NCBI GenBank assembly: GCA_964465205.1 | Contig: CAYXJO010000005.1 | Location: 4,552-68,551 of the forward strand | From: an uncultured Gammaproteobacteria bacterium | GTDB taxonomy: Bacteria; Patescibacteriota; Patescibacteriia; Magasanikbacterales; GWA2-37-8 | DNA: 64,000 nucleotides | Direction: 5' to 3' | Shown: positions 54,928 to 64,000 of the stretch, piece by piece | How positions within the stretch are numbered: the first letter of the stretch is position 1 | Layout of the letters: each line of letters starts with the position of its first letter | Position numbers and translations under genes: made by a program | Notes under the pieces: model-generated | The model's input: only the letters and a program-made list of their open reading frames with translations | Databases searched by the model: none | Told to the model about the DNA's origin: nothing

Positions 54928-55413
54928 GTGCGTAAAATCTTCGACTACTTTTGGTCGGTGCGCAAACAATTTACAAACTATTTTATCACCGGTATTAGTG
55001 GTACGGTTTTGGATATCGGTACTTTGTATCTGCTTACTATGGTTTGGCAGGTGCGTCCTGTGTATGCTGTCATGCTCAACGGCTTGCTTACTTTTTGTTA
55101 CATTTTTTTACTCAACAAGTATTGGACGTTCAAGGCCACTGGCATGACCCATCTCCAGGTAATTCGTTTTTTGTTGGTGTATGCCGGTAATTATTTGTTT
55201 GCCATTACTTGGATGTGGTTTTTTACCGAAGTGCTAAATTTGAAATCCACTTTCGCTAATGTTTGGATTTTACTAGAAGTGTACTATAATTTAATAGTCA
55301 GAATAGTGAATATCGCCATGTCGATTTGTTGGAATTTTCTTATTTATAAATATTTTGTATACAAAATCGAACCTGGTTTACCAAATAATCATGGGTCGGT
55401 AATAACTAACTAA
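54928..55413 (+). CDS. GtrA family membrane protein
   Basis: QFTNYFITG, LNKYWTF, WNFLIYKYFVY. Confidence 0.85.
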   Translation: MRKIFDYFWSVRKQFTNYFITGISGTVLDIGTLYLLTMVWQVRPVYAVMLNGLLTFCYIFLLNKYWTFKATGMTHLQVIRFLLVYAGNYLFAITWMWFFTEVLNLKSTFANVWILLEVYYNLIVRIVNIAMSICWNFLIYKYFVYKIEPGLPNNHGSVITN

Positions 55414-55422
55414 AATATTCAT

Positions 55423-58400
55423 ATGCCCAAGAAACAACAATCAGGAGAAGCTGGCGTGAAACCAGAACATGGATTTGTTGGTAAAAATGATGGTGTACGT
55501 CGAGATCGTACTCGTAAAAAAACTCACCAAGACACAGGAGAAATGTCGGAACATTATGATTCGCAGGAAGTCAGACTGGATGCGGATGTGTTGGCCACTT
55601 GGGATACTGTCGAATATAAAATCAACAATCTTTCGCAAAGTAACCTAGATCATTTTTTGGCAACTGGGGCGCAGTGGGGGTGGTTTTCTGCTTCTGATAT
55701 GGAAAGCGATCTTGGAAACAAGCTAGCATTGATTGACGAGATTAAGACAAAAGACAATATTACAAAAGACGAAGCAAGAAAATTTCGTAATCTTGTGAAA
55801 GAGTTGGGTGAACATTTGGAAGAAATGGATAAAATCTACGGTTGGTTGTCAGAGCCAGCAATCGCCGAAGCCCCGGTGACAGTGGAGGAAAAACCAGAAT
55901 CCCCAAAAGAATTTTCTGCCGATGACCAAAAAATGTGGGAAGAGATTTTGGTAGAAGTAGAGGACGGATGGGCCAATCCAGCACAAGATGTGGAAGGTGT
56001 AGAAGTGGACAAGGCTGCATACGATACTACCCAATCTATACCCGAAAAAGCGACGAAAGAAGATTTGGCTAGTAAAGATAAGAGAATTCGCGATAAAGAA
56101 AAATTGGGATATTTTTTTGATTCCAAAACCGGTTTGTTAAAAATTGGATCAAAAGTAGAAGTTAACTTAAGTGTTCCTGGTACAGAATTAATTTATACGC
56201 CGGTACGTTTGAGTGAAGATAAAAAAACTCCACGCGGTTTTGAAATTGCTTGGAAGAAAACTACCGATAGCACAGTGATACAAGCTTTGGATATTGCGAT
56301 GGATGAGTTTGGTAGATTGTCTATGAAAATGAAGGGCCAGGCGGTAGAGGGTGGTAGGTCTGGCTTTAGAACTAAATCTACCAGAGATGCAAGTGCCGCT
56401 GATATAGATGAAGACCTGGACCAACTGAAAGCTTCTTTAGATTTTTTAGTTTTTAAAATAAGAAGAATGTTTGCACTGGCTGGTGTAGAACAGGCATTTT
56501 ATACACACGAAGAATCACAGGCGGTAGCGGCAGAAATACCTCTTGTGCAATCTACCGAAGAAATTTTAAATGAAGACAATGATCCGCCGCGCGCCAAATT
56601 GCGAGAAACCAAAATACATCAATTAGTAGAATCTGCCAAAAAGACCACTAACGAAAAAAAGCGGCACAAACTTTTGTCCGAAGCCATGAATAAAATAACC
56701 AAAAGGTTAACTGTCTTACCGAACGCGACTCATTGGTGGGTTTATATGGCTTATGTCGGTCATTTATTGGGCGATACTCAAACAGTGAAAGAAGCCTTAA
56801 ATAAGGTAGTTGAAAAAGACCCAAACAACGAAGTGGCCAAAAAGATTTTGGATAAAATGGAAAAAGGCGAAACGAATGTTGAACCGGCTGGGGCGGAAGC
56901 GATGAAAGTGACGGCAGAGGCGGATAATGCCAGTGTGGTAGCGACAGAAAAAGACACACCGAAAAAAGTTGATGCACCCGCCAAAAAAGAAAAATTACCC
57001 AAACCAGTTGCTGTCAAAACAGCGGTCGAGCCAGCCACAGAACCGGCAGTAGAACAAAAGGAAGATAGTCTGGAGTTAACCAGAGAAAGATTGGTAGATG
57101 CTGTAGAAAAAGGTGTGGATATTTTGAAAACCGCCATTCGCAAAGCCGCTGGTGAAAAGAAAAATAGACTTGATTGGGTGGTGGATGCAGTTAATCGCGC
57201 ATTGGCAGTAGCCAAAGGCGCCGAAGATGGAAAAATCGAAGTGTCAGCTGGTGGGCAAACCCAACGTGAAGGTGTGCCAGTGGATGACTTGATAGAAGAA
57301 TTGCAGATTTTGGCAATTAATACCAAAAAGAAAAAAGAGCAGGATGAGATTAATCATATTGTTAAACTGTTGAGTGATAATAGTTTGCGTTATTTTGAAG
57401 ACGCCCATCCGGAAGTAATGGATGAAGTGGGAAAACCGTGGAACAGGCAACATTGGCGTACCCAGCTTGAGGCGTATTATATTTCTGGTGACAAAGATTA
57501 TCGCCGTACCGGTAACATGGAAGAAGATTATAAGAAAGCAATGGAAGCAATGAGTAAGCGTCGCGAGTTAAATTTGGATCAATTTAACAAACCAAAAAAG
57601 ACAACCAAACCAGATAATTTTCAACCAGTGGCGGTTATTAAAGGACACACAGCCCCTATTTCATCGGTTGAGCCAAACGGCGCATCGGTTGCGACAGAAC
57701 CTCAAGACATGTCAGTGCCAGACAACCAAAATATTTCAGTGTCGTCCGCAGAAGCCCAACATAATGCCGGTGTAGATAAAAAGAAAAACCAAAAACAAGA
57801 GGAAACCGTTTCCTCTGATTGGTCTTCGTCGTATTTTAGAAAAGAAAATGAAATAGTGCCAACCACAGGGGTCATGTCTAAAATGACTACAGCTGAATTG
57901 GCTCGCTGGCGCGAGTATAATGAATGGGCGGTGTGTTTGGCGGCCGCCTCTGAGGGTGGTTTAGCGCAATTGGCCGATCCCAAGTTGGAAGATCGTGTGG
58001 AATTCAATGATATGATACGCGGTTTGGTGGATGTTTTTGCTGTTCATGGACGTGTACAAGAAAAAAGTGGGCAGGTAAAAAAGATGGATTATGCCGATTT
58101 AGATGGTCGTACGTGTATCAAGTTGTTATCAATGGCTGGTTTTAAAACCAATCTACAAGAGGGTGAAAATAAAGAAACTGGCAATGTAGATTTTTCTGTA
58201 CCGGGTAAGGCGGTAAAAAATGCTTTTAACACCGACACGGGTGGTCGTGACGGGTTTAGTTTTAACGTGTCTTTGGCCAAAGACGCCAATCCAAGATGGC
58301 AAAATATTGCTTATAACAAAATTCGCGGTGTTACGACCGTACTCGATCATCATGCGTGGTTTTCCAATCCTGATTCTTCGGCTGCCAGTTTTGTGTATGG

Positions 58401-59238
58401 GTGGCTTACCGAACATGGTTATTTGAAAAGAACTAAGGAGCTAGATCGTATTATGGATTTTGTCACCACCATTGATTCGATGTCTAATTTTGGTTATGGC
58501 TACAATAGACGTGGGGATACCAAATTGCGTACTGAAATTAAGCATGTTTTTGAGAGATCATATCGAACTTTGGTTGGTATGGCTAGATATGTACCGTTTG
58601 AAAAATACGATGAATTGTTTCGTCTGGTTTCGAGAAAAGATTTTGATATACACAAAGAACTGACTAATGATGAAATGGTAATGTTAGGTATTGTGGAACA
58701 CGAAGATATTTTGCGCGCGGTGGACGGGGGATTTGCCTCGGGTGAGAGTCGGACCAACCCTTATTACAAAGAAAAAACGAATGTTGAAAATACCGCCGCT
58801 GTATTTGAAGAAATGAAAAAAAATGGGTTAGTAATTTCTGTGGATCCGCCCGATAAAAAAGGTCCACCAGTGAAAGTTGCTATCAATTTACGCGGGCAAG
58901 GATTTCCACAGTTGCCAACCGGTTTCAATGGTGCGGTGGCTTGTGGCGCTGATATTTTTGTGGATTGGAATGAAAAACAACAAAGTTTTTTTGTTTCGTC
59001 GGCGTTTAAGTTACCAAAAGATATTAGAAATGTGGAGGGACTGACCGACAAGGATGGAGTTTATTTTGTACGCCAAACCATGCTTATCAAACCACTCACA
59101 TTAGACAGGCAAGATAGAAAAGATAGAAAAATAATCCCTTTCAAAATCAGTCTGGGTAATTTGTTAGACAATGTGGTGGGGACAAATTGGGAGCCAAATG
59201 GTGTGTTGAAGGATTATTTGGATAATCATAAGGTTTAA
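55423..59238 (+). CDS. Large protein with a TPR-like segment and C-terminal DHH-like domain
   Basis: ADLDG, DTGG, LDHH, SAA in DHH order. Confidence 0.7.
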   Translation: MPKKQQSGEAGVKPEHGFVGKNDGVRRDRTRKKTHQDTGEMSEHYDSQEVRLDADVLATWDTVEYKINNLSQSNLDHFLATGAQWGWFSASDMESDLGNKLALIDEIKTKDNITKDEARKFRNLVKELGEHLEEMDKIYGWLSEPAIAEAPVTVEEKPESPKEFSADDQKMWEEILVEVEDGWANPAQDVEGVEVDKAAYDTTQSIPEKATKEDLASKDKRIRDKEKLGYFFDSKTGLLKIGSKVEVNLSVPGTELIYTPVRLSEDKKTPRGFEIAWKKTTDSTVIQALDIAMDEFGRLSMKMKGQAVEGGRSGFRTKSTRDASAADIDEDLDQLKASLDFLVFKIRRMFALAGVEQAFYTHEESQAVAAEIPLVQSTEEILNEDNDPPRAKLRETKIHQLVESAKKTTNEKKRHKLLSEAMNKITKRLTVLPNATHWWVYMAYVGHLLGDTQTVKEALNKVVEKDPNNEVAKKILDKMEKGETNVEPAGAEAMKVTAEADNASVVATEKDTPKKVDAPAKKEKLPKPVAVKTAVEPATEPAVEQKEDSLELTRERLVDAVEKGVDILKTAIRKAAGEKKNRLDWVVDAVNRALAVAKGAEDGKIEVSAGGQTQREGVPVDDLIEELQILAINTKKKKEQDEINHIVKLLSDNSLRYFEDAHPEVMDEVGKPWNRQHWRTQLEAYYISGDKDYRRTGNMEEDYKKAMEAMSKRRELNLDQFNKPKKTTKPDNFQPVAVIKGHTAPISSVEPNGASVATEPQDMSVPDNQNISVSSAEAQHNAGVDKKKNQKQEETVSSDWSSSYFRKENEIVPTTGVMSKMTTAELARWREYNEWAVCLAAASEGGLAQLADPKLEDRVEFNDMIRGLVDVFAVHGRVQEKSGQVKKMDYADLDGRTCIKLLSMAGFKTNLQEGENKETGNVDFSVPGKAVKNAFNTDTGGRDGFSFNVSLAKDANPRWQNIAYNKIRGVTTVLDHHAWFSNPDSSAASFVYGWLTEHGYLKRTKELDRIMDFVTTIDSMSNFGYGYNRRGDTKLRTEIKHVFERSYRTLVGMARYVPFEKYDELFRLVSRKDFDIHKELTNDEMVMLGIVEHEDILRAVDGGFASGESRTNPYYKEKTNVENTAAVFEEMKKNGLVISVDPPDKKGPPVKVAINLRGQGFPQLPTGFNGAVACGADIFVDWNEKQQSFFVSSAFKLPKDIRNVEGLTDKDGVYFVRQTMLIKPLTLDRQDRKDRKIIPFKISLGNLLDNVVGTNWEPNGVLKDYLDNHKV

Positions 59239-59335
59239 TTTGGCTAATTTTGGCCAAATTATAGTTTTGTGGCCAAAGACTCTTGACTAATTCTATTATT
59301 TCCGCTAAAATAATAGCGGATTAAGTTTTTTACAA

Positions 59336-59554
59336 ATGGTAAAGAATAATGACAATATCGAGCTGACTGGTAAAATTGCAGAACTTCTTCCAGCCGGGAC
59401 TTTTCGAGTAACTCTCGAAAGTGGGCAGACAATCGTCGCTCACTTGGCTGGCAAGATGCGTCTCAACAAAATCAGACTTGGCATCGGCGATAAAGTAAAG
59501 ATAGAAATGACGCCATATGATTTGACCAAGGGTCGAATCACTTATCGTTACTAA
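59336..59554 (+). CDS. infA: Translation initiation factor IF-1
   Basis: [21 protein letters not shown]. Confidence 0.97.
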   Translation: MVKNNDNIELTGKIAELLPAGTFRVTLESGQTIVAHLAGKMRLNKIRLGIGDKVKIEMTPYDLTKGRITYRY

Positions 59555-59715
59555 TCCAAACAATACAACTAAATAATATATCAACCAGTGCGGTGGAGTT
59601 CCCGCTTTAGGGCAATATGTCTAAAGGGGACGAGGATATCGCGGCAGTGGTTGGTATTTTAGCTTACCTATTAATTTAATATAAAGAAGTTTTCATTAAT
59701 TTCATTTTAATTCCT

Positions 59716-59829
59716 ATGAAAGTGTGTGCTTCGGTAAAAAAAGTGTGCGCCAAGTGTAAAACAGTGCGCCGCAAAGGAAGAGTACAAGTAATTTGTGCTA
59801 ATCCAAAACATAAACAACGTCAAGGTTAA
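59716..59829 (+). CDS. rpmJ: 50S ribosomal protein L36
   Basis: Manual translation [37 protein letters not shown]. Confidence 0.96.
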   Translation: MKVCASVKKVCAKCKTVRRKGRVQVICANPKHKQRQG

Positions 59830-59846
59830 TTAATTACCCAATTTTT

Positions 59847-60233
59847 ATGCGTATCAGTGGTATCAACATTCCCAAGGAGAAAAAAGTGCGGATTTCACTC
59901 CGTTATCTTTATGGTATCGGTCCGGCTTTGGCCGATCAAATATTGGAGAAAGCAGGTATCGATGGCAATATTCGCGTGAAAGACCTAACTACCGCGCAAC
60001 AAGATAAGCTGCGTGAATTGGTAGAAAAAAATCACAAAACCGAAGGTGATTTGCGTCGTGAAGTAATCGCGAATATCAAGCGTATGAAAGATGTAAAGTG
60101 CTATCGCGGCATTCGTCATATGAAACATTTGCCAGTACGTGGTCAACGCACCAAAACTAATTCTCGTACTGTACGTGGCAATGTGCGCAAGACAGCTGTT
60201 TCCGGTAAAAAACCAGCAGCCCAGAAGACCTAG
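59847..60233 (+). CDS. rpsM: 30S ribosomal protein S13
   Basis: YGIG, YRGIRH, PVRGQRTKTN. Confidence 0.97.
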   Translation: MRISGINIPKEKKVRISLRYLYGIGPALADQILEKAGIDGNIRVKDLTTAQQDKLRELVEKNHKTEGDLRREVIANIKRMKDVKCYRGIRHMKHLPVRGQRTKTNSRTVRGNVRKTAVSGKKPAAQKT

Positions 60234-60273
60234 TATAATAATTTTATTTACGAAAAAAGAATAATTTAAAATT

Positions 60274-60732
60274 ATGTCAGAAGAAGTAAAGCAAGCTGTG
60301 GTAGCGGCAGCCGATCCGGCTACTGCGTCCACCGTAGAAGAAAAGACGCCCAAAACCAAAAAAAGCAACAAAAAAGCGGTCAAACAAGTAGTGCGTGGCA
60401 ATGTCTATATTCAAGCTAGCTACAACAATACTATTGTGACCATTACTGATCCAAACGGCAATGCTTTGGCTTGGTCTTCGGCTGGTATTGCAGGGTTTAA
60501 AGGACCAAAGAAAGCCACTCCTTATGCCGCTAGTATGGTGGTGAAGGCTGTGGTGGACAAGTGTGCTCAATACGGACTCAAAGATGTTACTATCTATGTC
60601 AAGGGTATTGGTGGTGGTCGCGAAGGCGCTATCCGTGCTTTGCATGCCAATGGTTTGAATGTAGCTTCAATTAACGAAGTTACCCCAATCCCACACAATG
60701 GCTGTCGTGCTCCGAAACGTCGCCGTGTTTAA
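60274..60732 (+). CDS. rpsK: 30S ribosomal protein S11
   Basis: NNTIVTITD, TPIPHNGCR. Confidence 0.97.
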   Translation: MSEEVKQAVVAAADPATASTVEEKTPKTKKSNKKAVKQVVRGNVYIQASYNNTIVTITDPNGNALAWSSAGIAGFKGPKKATPYAASMVVKAVVDKCAQYGLKDVTIYVKGIGGGREGAIRALHANGLNVASINEVTPIPHNGCRAPKRRRV

Positions 60733-60756
60733 TTTGTTTATTTCCTCACTTTAAAT

Positions 60757-61383
60757 ATGACTCAAGAATTAGACTCCAAATGTTCCAAATGCCGACGCGC
60801 CGGGGAAAAATTGTTTTTGAAAGGCGATAAGTGTTTGGGACCAAAATGCCCCATACTCAAGCGTAATTTTCCGCCTGGACAACATGGTGTGGCGAGCAAA
60901 CGCAATAAACCATCAAGTTATGGCCGTCAATTGCGTGAAAAACAAGAAGCCAAACAACACTATGGTTTGCGTGAACGACAATTTGAGAACTATGTAGAAG
61001 AAGCCGCTCGTAAAATTGGTGATACTAGCAAGTATCTTATCAATTATTTGGAATCACGTTTGGACAATGTGGTGTTCCGCATGGGTTTTGCTCCTTCGCG
61101 CAGTATGGCTCGTCAATTGGTAAGCCATGGACATATCACTGTTAATGGTAAAAAATTAGACATTGCCTCTTATCGCGTGAAAGTCGGCGATGAGATTGCG
61201 TTGTCTACCAAAGCTCATTCCAAAAAAGCTTTTGAAAATTTGGCTGAAAAATTAGGCAAATACGAAGCTCCAAGCTGGCTTCACGTAGATGCCAAAAAGT
61301 TCGCTGCCAAAGTACTCAACACACCCACGGTCGATGTGGTTCCGTTTAATCCAAAAGCGATTATTGAATTTTATTCTCGTTAA
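60757..61383 (+). CDS. rpsD: 30S ribosomal protein S4
   Basis: PPGQHG, LESRLDNVVFR, IIEFYSR. Confidence 0.97.
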   Translation: MTQELDSKCSKCRRAGEKLFLKGDKCLGPKCPILKRNFPPGQHGVASKRNKPSSYGRQLREKQEAKQHYGLRERQFENYVEEAARKIGDTSKYLINYLESRLDNVVFRMGFAPSRSMARQLVSHGHITVNGKKLDIASYRVKVGDEIALSTKAHSKKAFENLAEKLGKYEAPSWLHVDAKKFAAKVLNTPTVDVVPFNPKAIIEFYSR

Positions 61384-61427
61384 TTTTCTCGTCCGACTTT
61401 GTGCGGATGGGGTAATTTAAATTACCT

Positions 61428-62255
61428 ATGGAAAATATACTCTTGCCCTCCAAAGTGGAGTTCATGGAGGGTGCCAATCCGAATATGGGGACTGCTATCA
61501 TCACCCCTTGTTATCACGGATATGGTACCACTTTAGGCAATGGTTTGCGTCGCGTGCTTTTATCTTCTTTGCCGGGCGCAGCTGTTGAGGCCTTCAAAAT
61601 CAAAGGCGTACAGCATGAGTTTAGCGCTGTTGAGGGTGTTCAGGAAGATGTGGTGGAAATTATGCTTAACTTAAAACAAGTAGCGGTGAAAGTGTTTACC
61701 GATGAACCGGTGGTTTTGACAATTAATAAAAAAGGTCCTGGTAAAGTGACTGCTGGCGATATTGCTCGCGATGCTAATGTGGAAATTATCAACAAAGATT
61801 TGGTTATTGCCAATCTTACCACCAATAAAGCTTTTGAGATGGAAATCACTGTCGGTCGTGGTCGTGGTTTTAAACCGGTAGAAGAGAAAAATCGTCAAAA
61901 TTACGATTTGGGAACTATCGTGATTGATTCTATTTACACTCCTATTAAGGATGTTGGTTACAAAGTGGAATACACCCGCGTGGGCGATATTACCAACTTC
62001 GAAAAATTGACTATTAATATCGAAACCAACGGCACCATCACTCCTCAAGCAGCGCTCTATCAATCCACTCAGATTCTCATGGATCATTTTTCGGTAGTGC
62101 TTAATGGTATTGGTGCTCAAGAAGAAGTCCGTGTAATGGAAGAATCTGTTACTGAGGATAATGACGATGAATCAAGCGAAGAAAACACCGGCGATGAAGA
62201 AATCGAAAAGAAAGAGAAGAAACCTCATGCCAAAAAGACAACTAAAAAGAAATAA
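61428..62255 (+). CDS. rpoA: RNA polymerase alpha subunit (no alpha-CTD)
   Basis: GYGTTLGNGLRRVLLSS, HEFS, RVGDITNFEKL. Confidence 0.95.
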   Translation: MENILLPSKVEFMEGANPNMGTAIITPCYHGYGTTLGNGLRRVLLSSLPGAAVEAFKIKGVQHEFSAVEGVQEDVVEIMLNLKQVAVKVFTDEPVVLTINKKGPGKVTAGDIARDANVEIINKDLVIANLTTNKAFEMEITVGRGRGFKPVEEKNRQNYDLGTIVIDSIYTPIKDVGYKVEYTRVGDITNFEKLTINIETNGTITPQAALYQSTQILMDHFSVVLNGIGAQEEVRVMEESVTEDNDDESSEENTGDEEIEKKEKKPHAKKTTKKK

Positions 62256-62265
62256 TTTTTAAAAT

Positions 62266-62616
62266 ATGCGCCATCAAATGAAAAAGGTGAAATTAGACCG
62301 TAAGGCGGGACCGCGCAAAGCGCTTCTGGCGAGTTTAGCGGCGAGTCTAGTTTTGTACGAAAAAATTAAAACCACCAAGGCAAAAGCCAAAGCTTTGAAA
62401 TCTTTGGTCGAAAAAATGATTACCAAAGCCAAAGCCAATACTTTGGCTGGTCGTCGCGCCATCGCTGCGGAACTTAAACAAGAGAATGCCGTACGAAAAC
62501 TCATGGAAGTATTGGGACCGCGTTATGCCGAACGAAAAGGCGGGTATACTCGTATTGTACTTCTCAAAAATCGTAAAGGTGACGGAGCCGAAGAAGTATT
62601 GATTGAATTTGTGTAA
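62266..62616 (+). CDS. rplQ: 50S ribosomal protein L17
   Basis: MRH, IKTTKAKAK, GGYTRI, RKGDGA. Confidence 0.97.
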   Translation: MRHQMKKVKLDRKAGPRKALLASLAASLVLYEKIKTTKAKAKALKSLVEKMITKAKANTLAGRRAIAAELKQENAVRKLMEVLGPRYAERKGGYTRIVLLKNRKGDGAEEVLIEFV

Positions 62617-62629
62617 TTAATTTTGTAAT

Positions 62630-62977
62630 ATGACCAAAAGAAAAGCAATCGAAATTGATGCTACCGGCATGGCTCCCGGACGTCTTGCCTCTCAAATTGC
62701 GGGTTTGATTATGGGCAAGGGTAAACCTAGCTATGTCCCATATAAAGATATGGGGGACAAGGTAGTGGTAAAAAATGTGAAATACATTAAATTTACCGGT
62801 AAAAAAATTGATCAAAAAGTCTATCGTCATCACAGTAATTATCCGGGTGGTCTAAAAGAAATTCCAGCCAAGAAAATGATGGAAAAACCGGACAAAGTCG
62901 TACTGCATGCGGTAGCCAAGATGATTCCGAAGAATAAAATGCGCACTGATCGTTTGCGCAGAGTATCCTTTAAGTAA
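62630..62977 (+). CDS. rplM: 50S ribosomal protein L13 (short)
   Basis: IDA..GRLAS, GDKVVV, HSNYPGGLK. Confidence 0.95.
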   Translation: MTKRKAIEIDATGMAPGRLASQIAGLIMGKGKPSYVPYKDMGDKVVVKNVKYIKFTGKKIDQKVYRHHSNYPGGLKEIPAKKMMEKPDKVVLHAVAKMIPKNKMRTDRLRRVSFK

Positions 62978-62988
62978 TTCTGATACCT

Positions 62989-63396
62989 ATGACTAAAATA
63001 AATCGTGGTAAAGAAGTGTATCGCGCAGTTGGTCGCCGCAAGACATCAGCCGCCCGCGTACGCATCGATAAGGGTAGTGGTAACATTACCGTTAATGGTG
63101 TGGATTATAAAGAGTATTTTCCATATTTTGAAATGCGTGATGCCATTATCGCCCCACTCAAAGCTTTGGCCAAAGAAAAAGATTTGGATGTGTCCGCCAA
63201 AGTTAGTGGATCTGGTAAAAAAGCGCAATCTGTTGCCGTACAACACGGCATCGCGCGCGCTTTGGTGGTGTGGAATGATGAATTCCGCAAGACCCTCAAA
63301 ACTCTTGGTTTTTTGACTCGAGACGCTCGTGCCAAAGAACGCAAGAAATTCGGTCTCAAACGCGCTCGTCGCGCACCGCAGTGGAGCAAACGCTAA
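62989..63396 (+). CDS. rpsI: 30S ribosomal protein S9
   Basis: GRRKTSAARV, LTRDAR, KERKK, PQWSKR. Confidence 0.97.
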   Translation: MTKINRGKEVYRAVGRRKTSAARVRIDKGSGNITVNGVDYKEYFPYFEMRDAIIAPLKALAKEKDLDVSAKVSGSGKKAQSVAVQHGIARALVVWNDEFRKTLKTLGFLTRDARAKERKKFGLKRARRAPQWSKR

Positions 63397-63409
63397 ATTC
63401 TATATTTTC

Positions 63410-63508
63410 AAAGACGGATAGAATATATTTTAGTGCCTAGTTCGCCCGAATATTAATTTTAAATTAATGTGGGCTCATAAGTCACAAAAATATGTTCTAT
63501 CCGTCTTT
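63410..63508. repeat. Long hairpin family copy 2; probable terminator
   Basis: Stem shared with 40591-40669. Confidence 0.75.
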
Positions 63509-63570
63509 TTGTATATTTACATAATCTTCCCCTGTTATTTTTGCGAACCATATGTTATTATGCATATTAT

Positions 63571-64000
63571 ATGGATCAAAAACGTATTATTTGCGATAAA
63601 GTTTCTAAGGAAAACATCAATTTGGCCATTGAGATACAACATACTATTTTTCCCAAAGAAAATGATGCTTTGAATTTGAAGGCGTCGGCTGATAAAAGTC
63701 TGATTACAGAGGTTTATGGTAATAATTTTAGAAAGAGTGTTGATTTTTGGATATGTAAAGATGAAAACAATATTCCAATAGGCATCACCGGAATTTATTC
63801 TTATTTTGAATATCCGGATGATGCCTGGTGTGGTTGGTATGGTATTTTGCCGCAGTATCAAGGAATGGGATATGGTAAAGAACTGTTGCTTTGGACTATG
63901 GCCAAAGCCAAGGAAATGGGTTATAAGAATTTTCGTTTATACACCGATTTGATAGATAATCAGGTGGCTGTGGATCTGTATAGAAAGATTGGGATGATTG
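63571..64000 (+). CDS. GNAT acetyltransferase, 3'-truncated by window edge
   Basis: Manual translation MDQKRII...GILPQYQGMGYGKELL...NQVAVDLYRKIG. Confidence 0.85.
   Translation, partial: MDQKRIICDKVSKENINLAIEIQHTIFPKENDALNLKASADKSLITEVYGNNFRKSVDFWICKDENNIPIGITGIYSYFEYPDDAWCGWYGILPQYQGMGYGKELLLWTMAKAKEMGYKNFRLYTDLIDNQVAVDLYRKIGMI

Noticed and set aside
1-64000. Alternative genetic code (TGA=Gly)
   Set aside because: Core genes are full length in code 11, and TGA ends genes right before the next start (e.g. 12703, 4031)

Overview
Chromosomal window from a bacterium with low overall GC that uses genetic code 11. Gene content (short AlaRS, RpoA without alpha-CTD, membrane-anchored Clp ATPase, VirD4-like ATPase, mostly SD-less AT-rich starts) suggests a CPR/Patescibacteria (Parcubacteria-like) genome; this is inference. 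Bases 1-6095 are the end of a defence island integrated at the 3' end of tRNA-Asn(GTT). It encodes a NYN nuclease, GIY-YIG, Vsr, a type II REase, a RadC-Dcm fusion, an XRE controller and a large serine recombinase. The most striking signal is around the recombinase. Its upstream non-coding DNA is a mosaic of exact 20-54 nt reverse complements of the recombinase 5' UTR and coding sequence. These blocks abut so that they can form two stacked four-way junctions. The same DNA holds an inverted att-like copy of the gene's 3' end that encodes an alternative in-frame C-terminus. The rest is housekeeping DNA (Fe-S/IscS, metG, recJ, lepA, murJ, mraZ-rsmH, recR, dnaB, mnmA, alaS, alpha operon). It is interspersed with stand-alone orphan genes carrying strong SD sites and boxA-like motifs, two candidate ncRNAs and two families of dispersed hairpin repeats. 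All calls come from reading the sequence; no database search was run.
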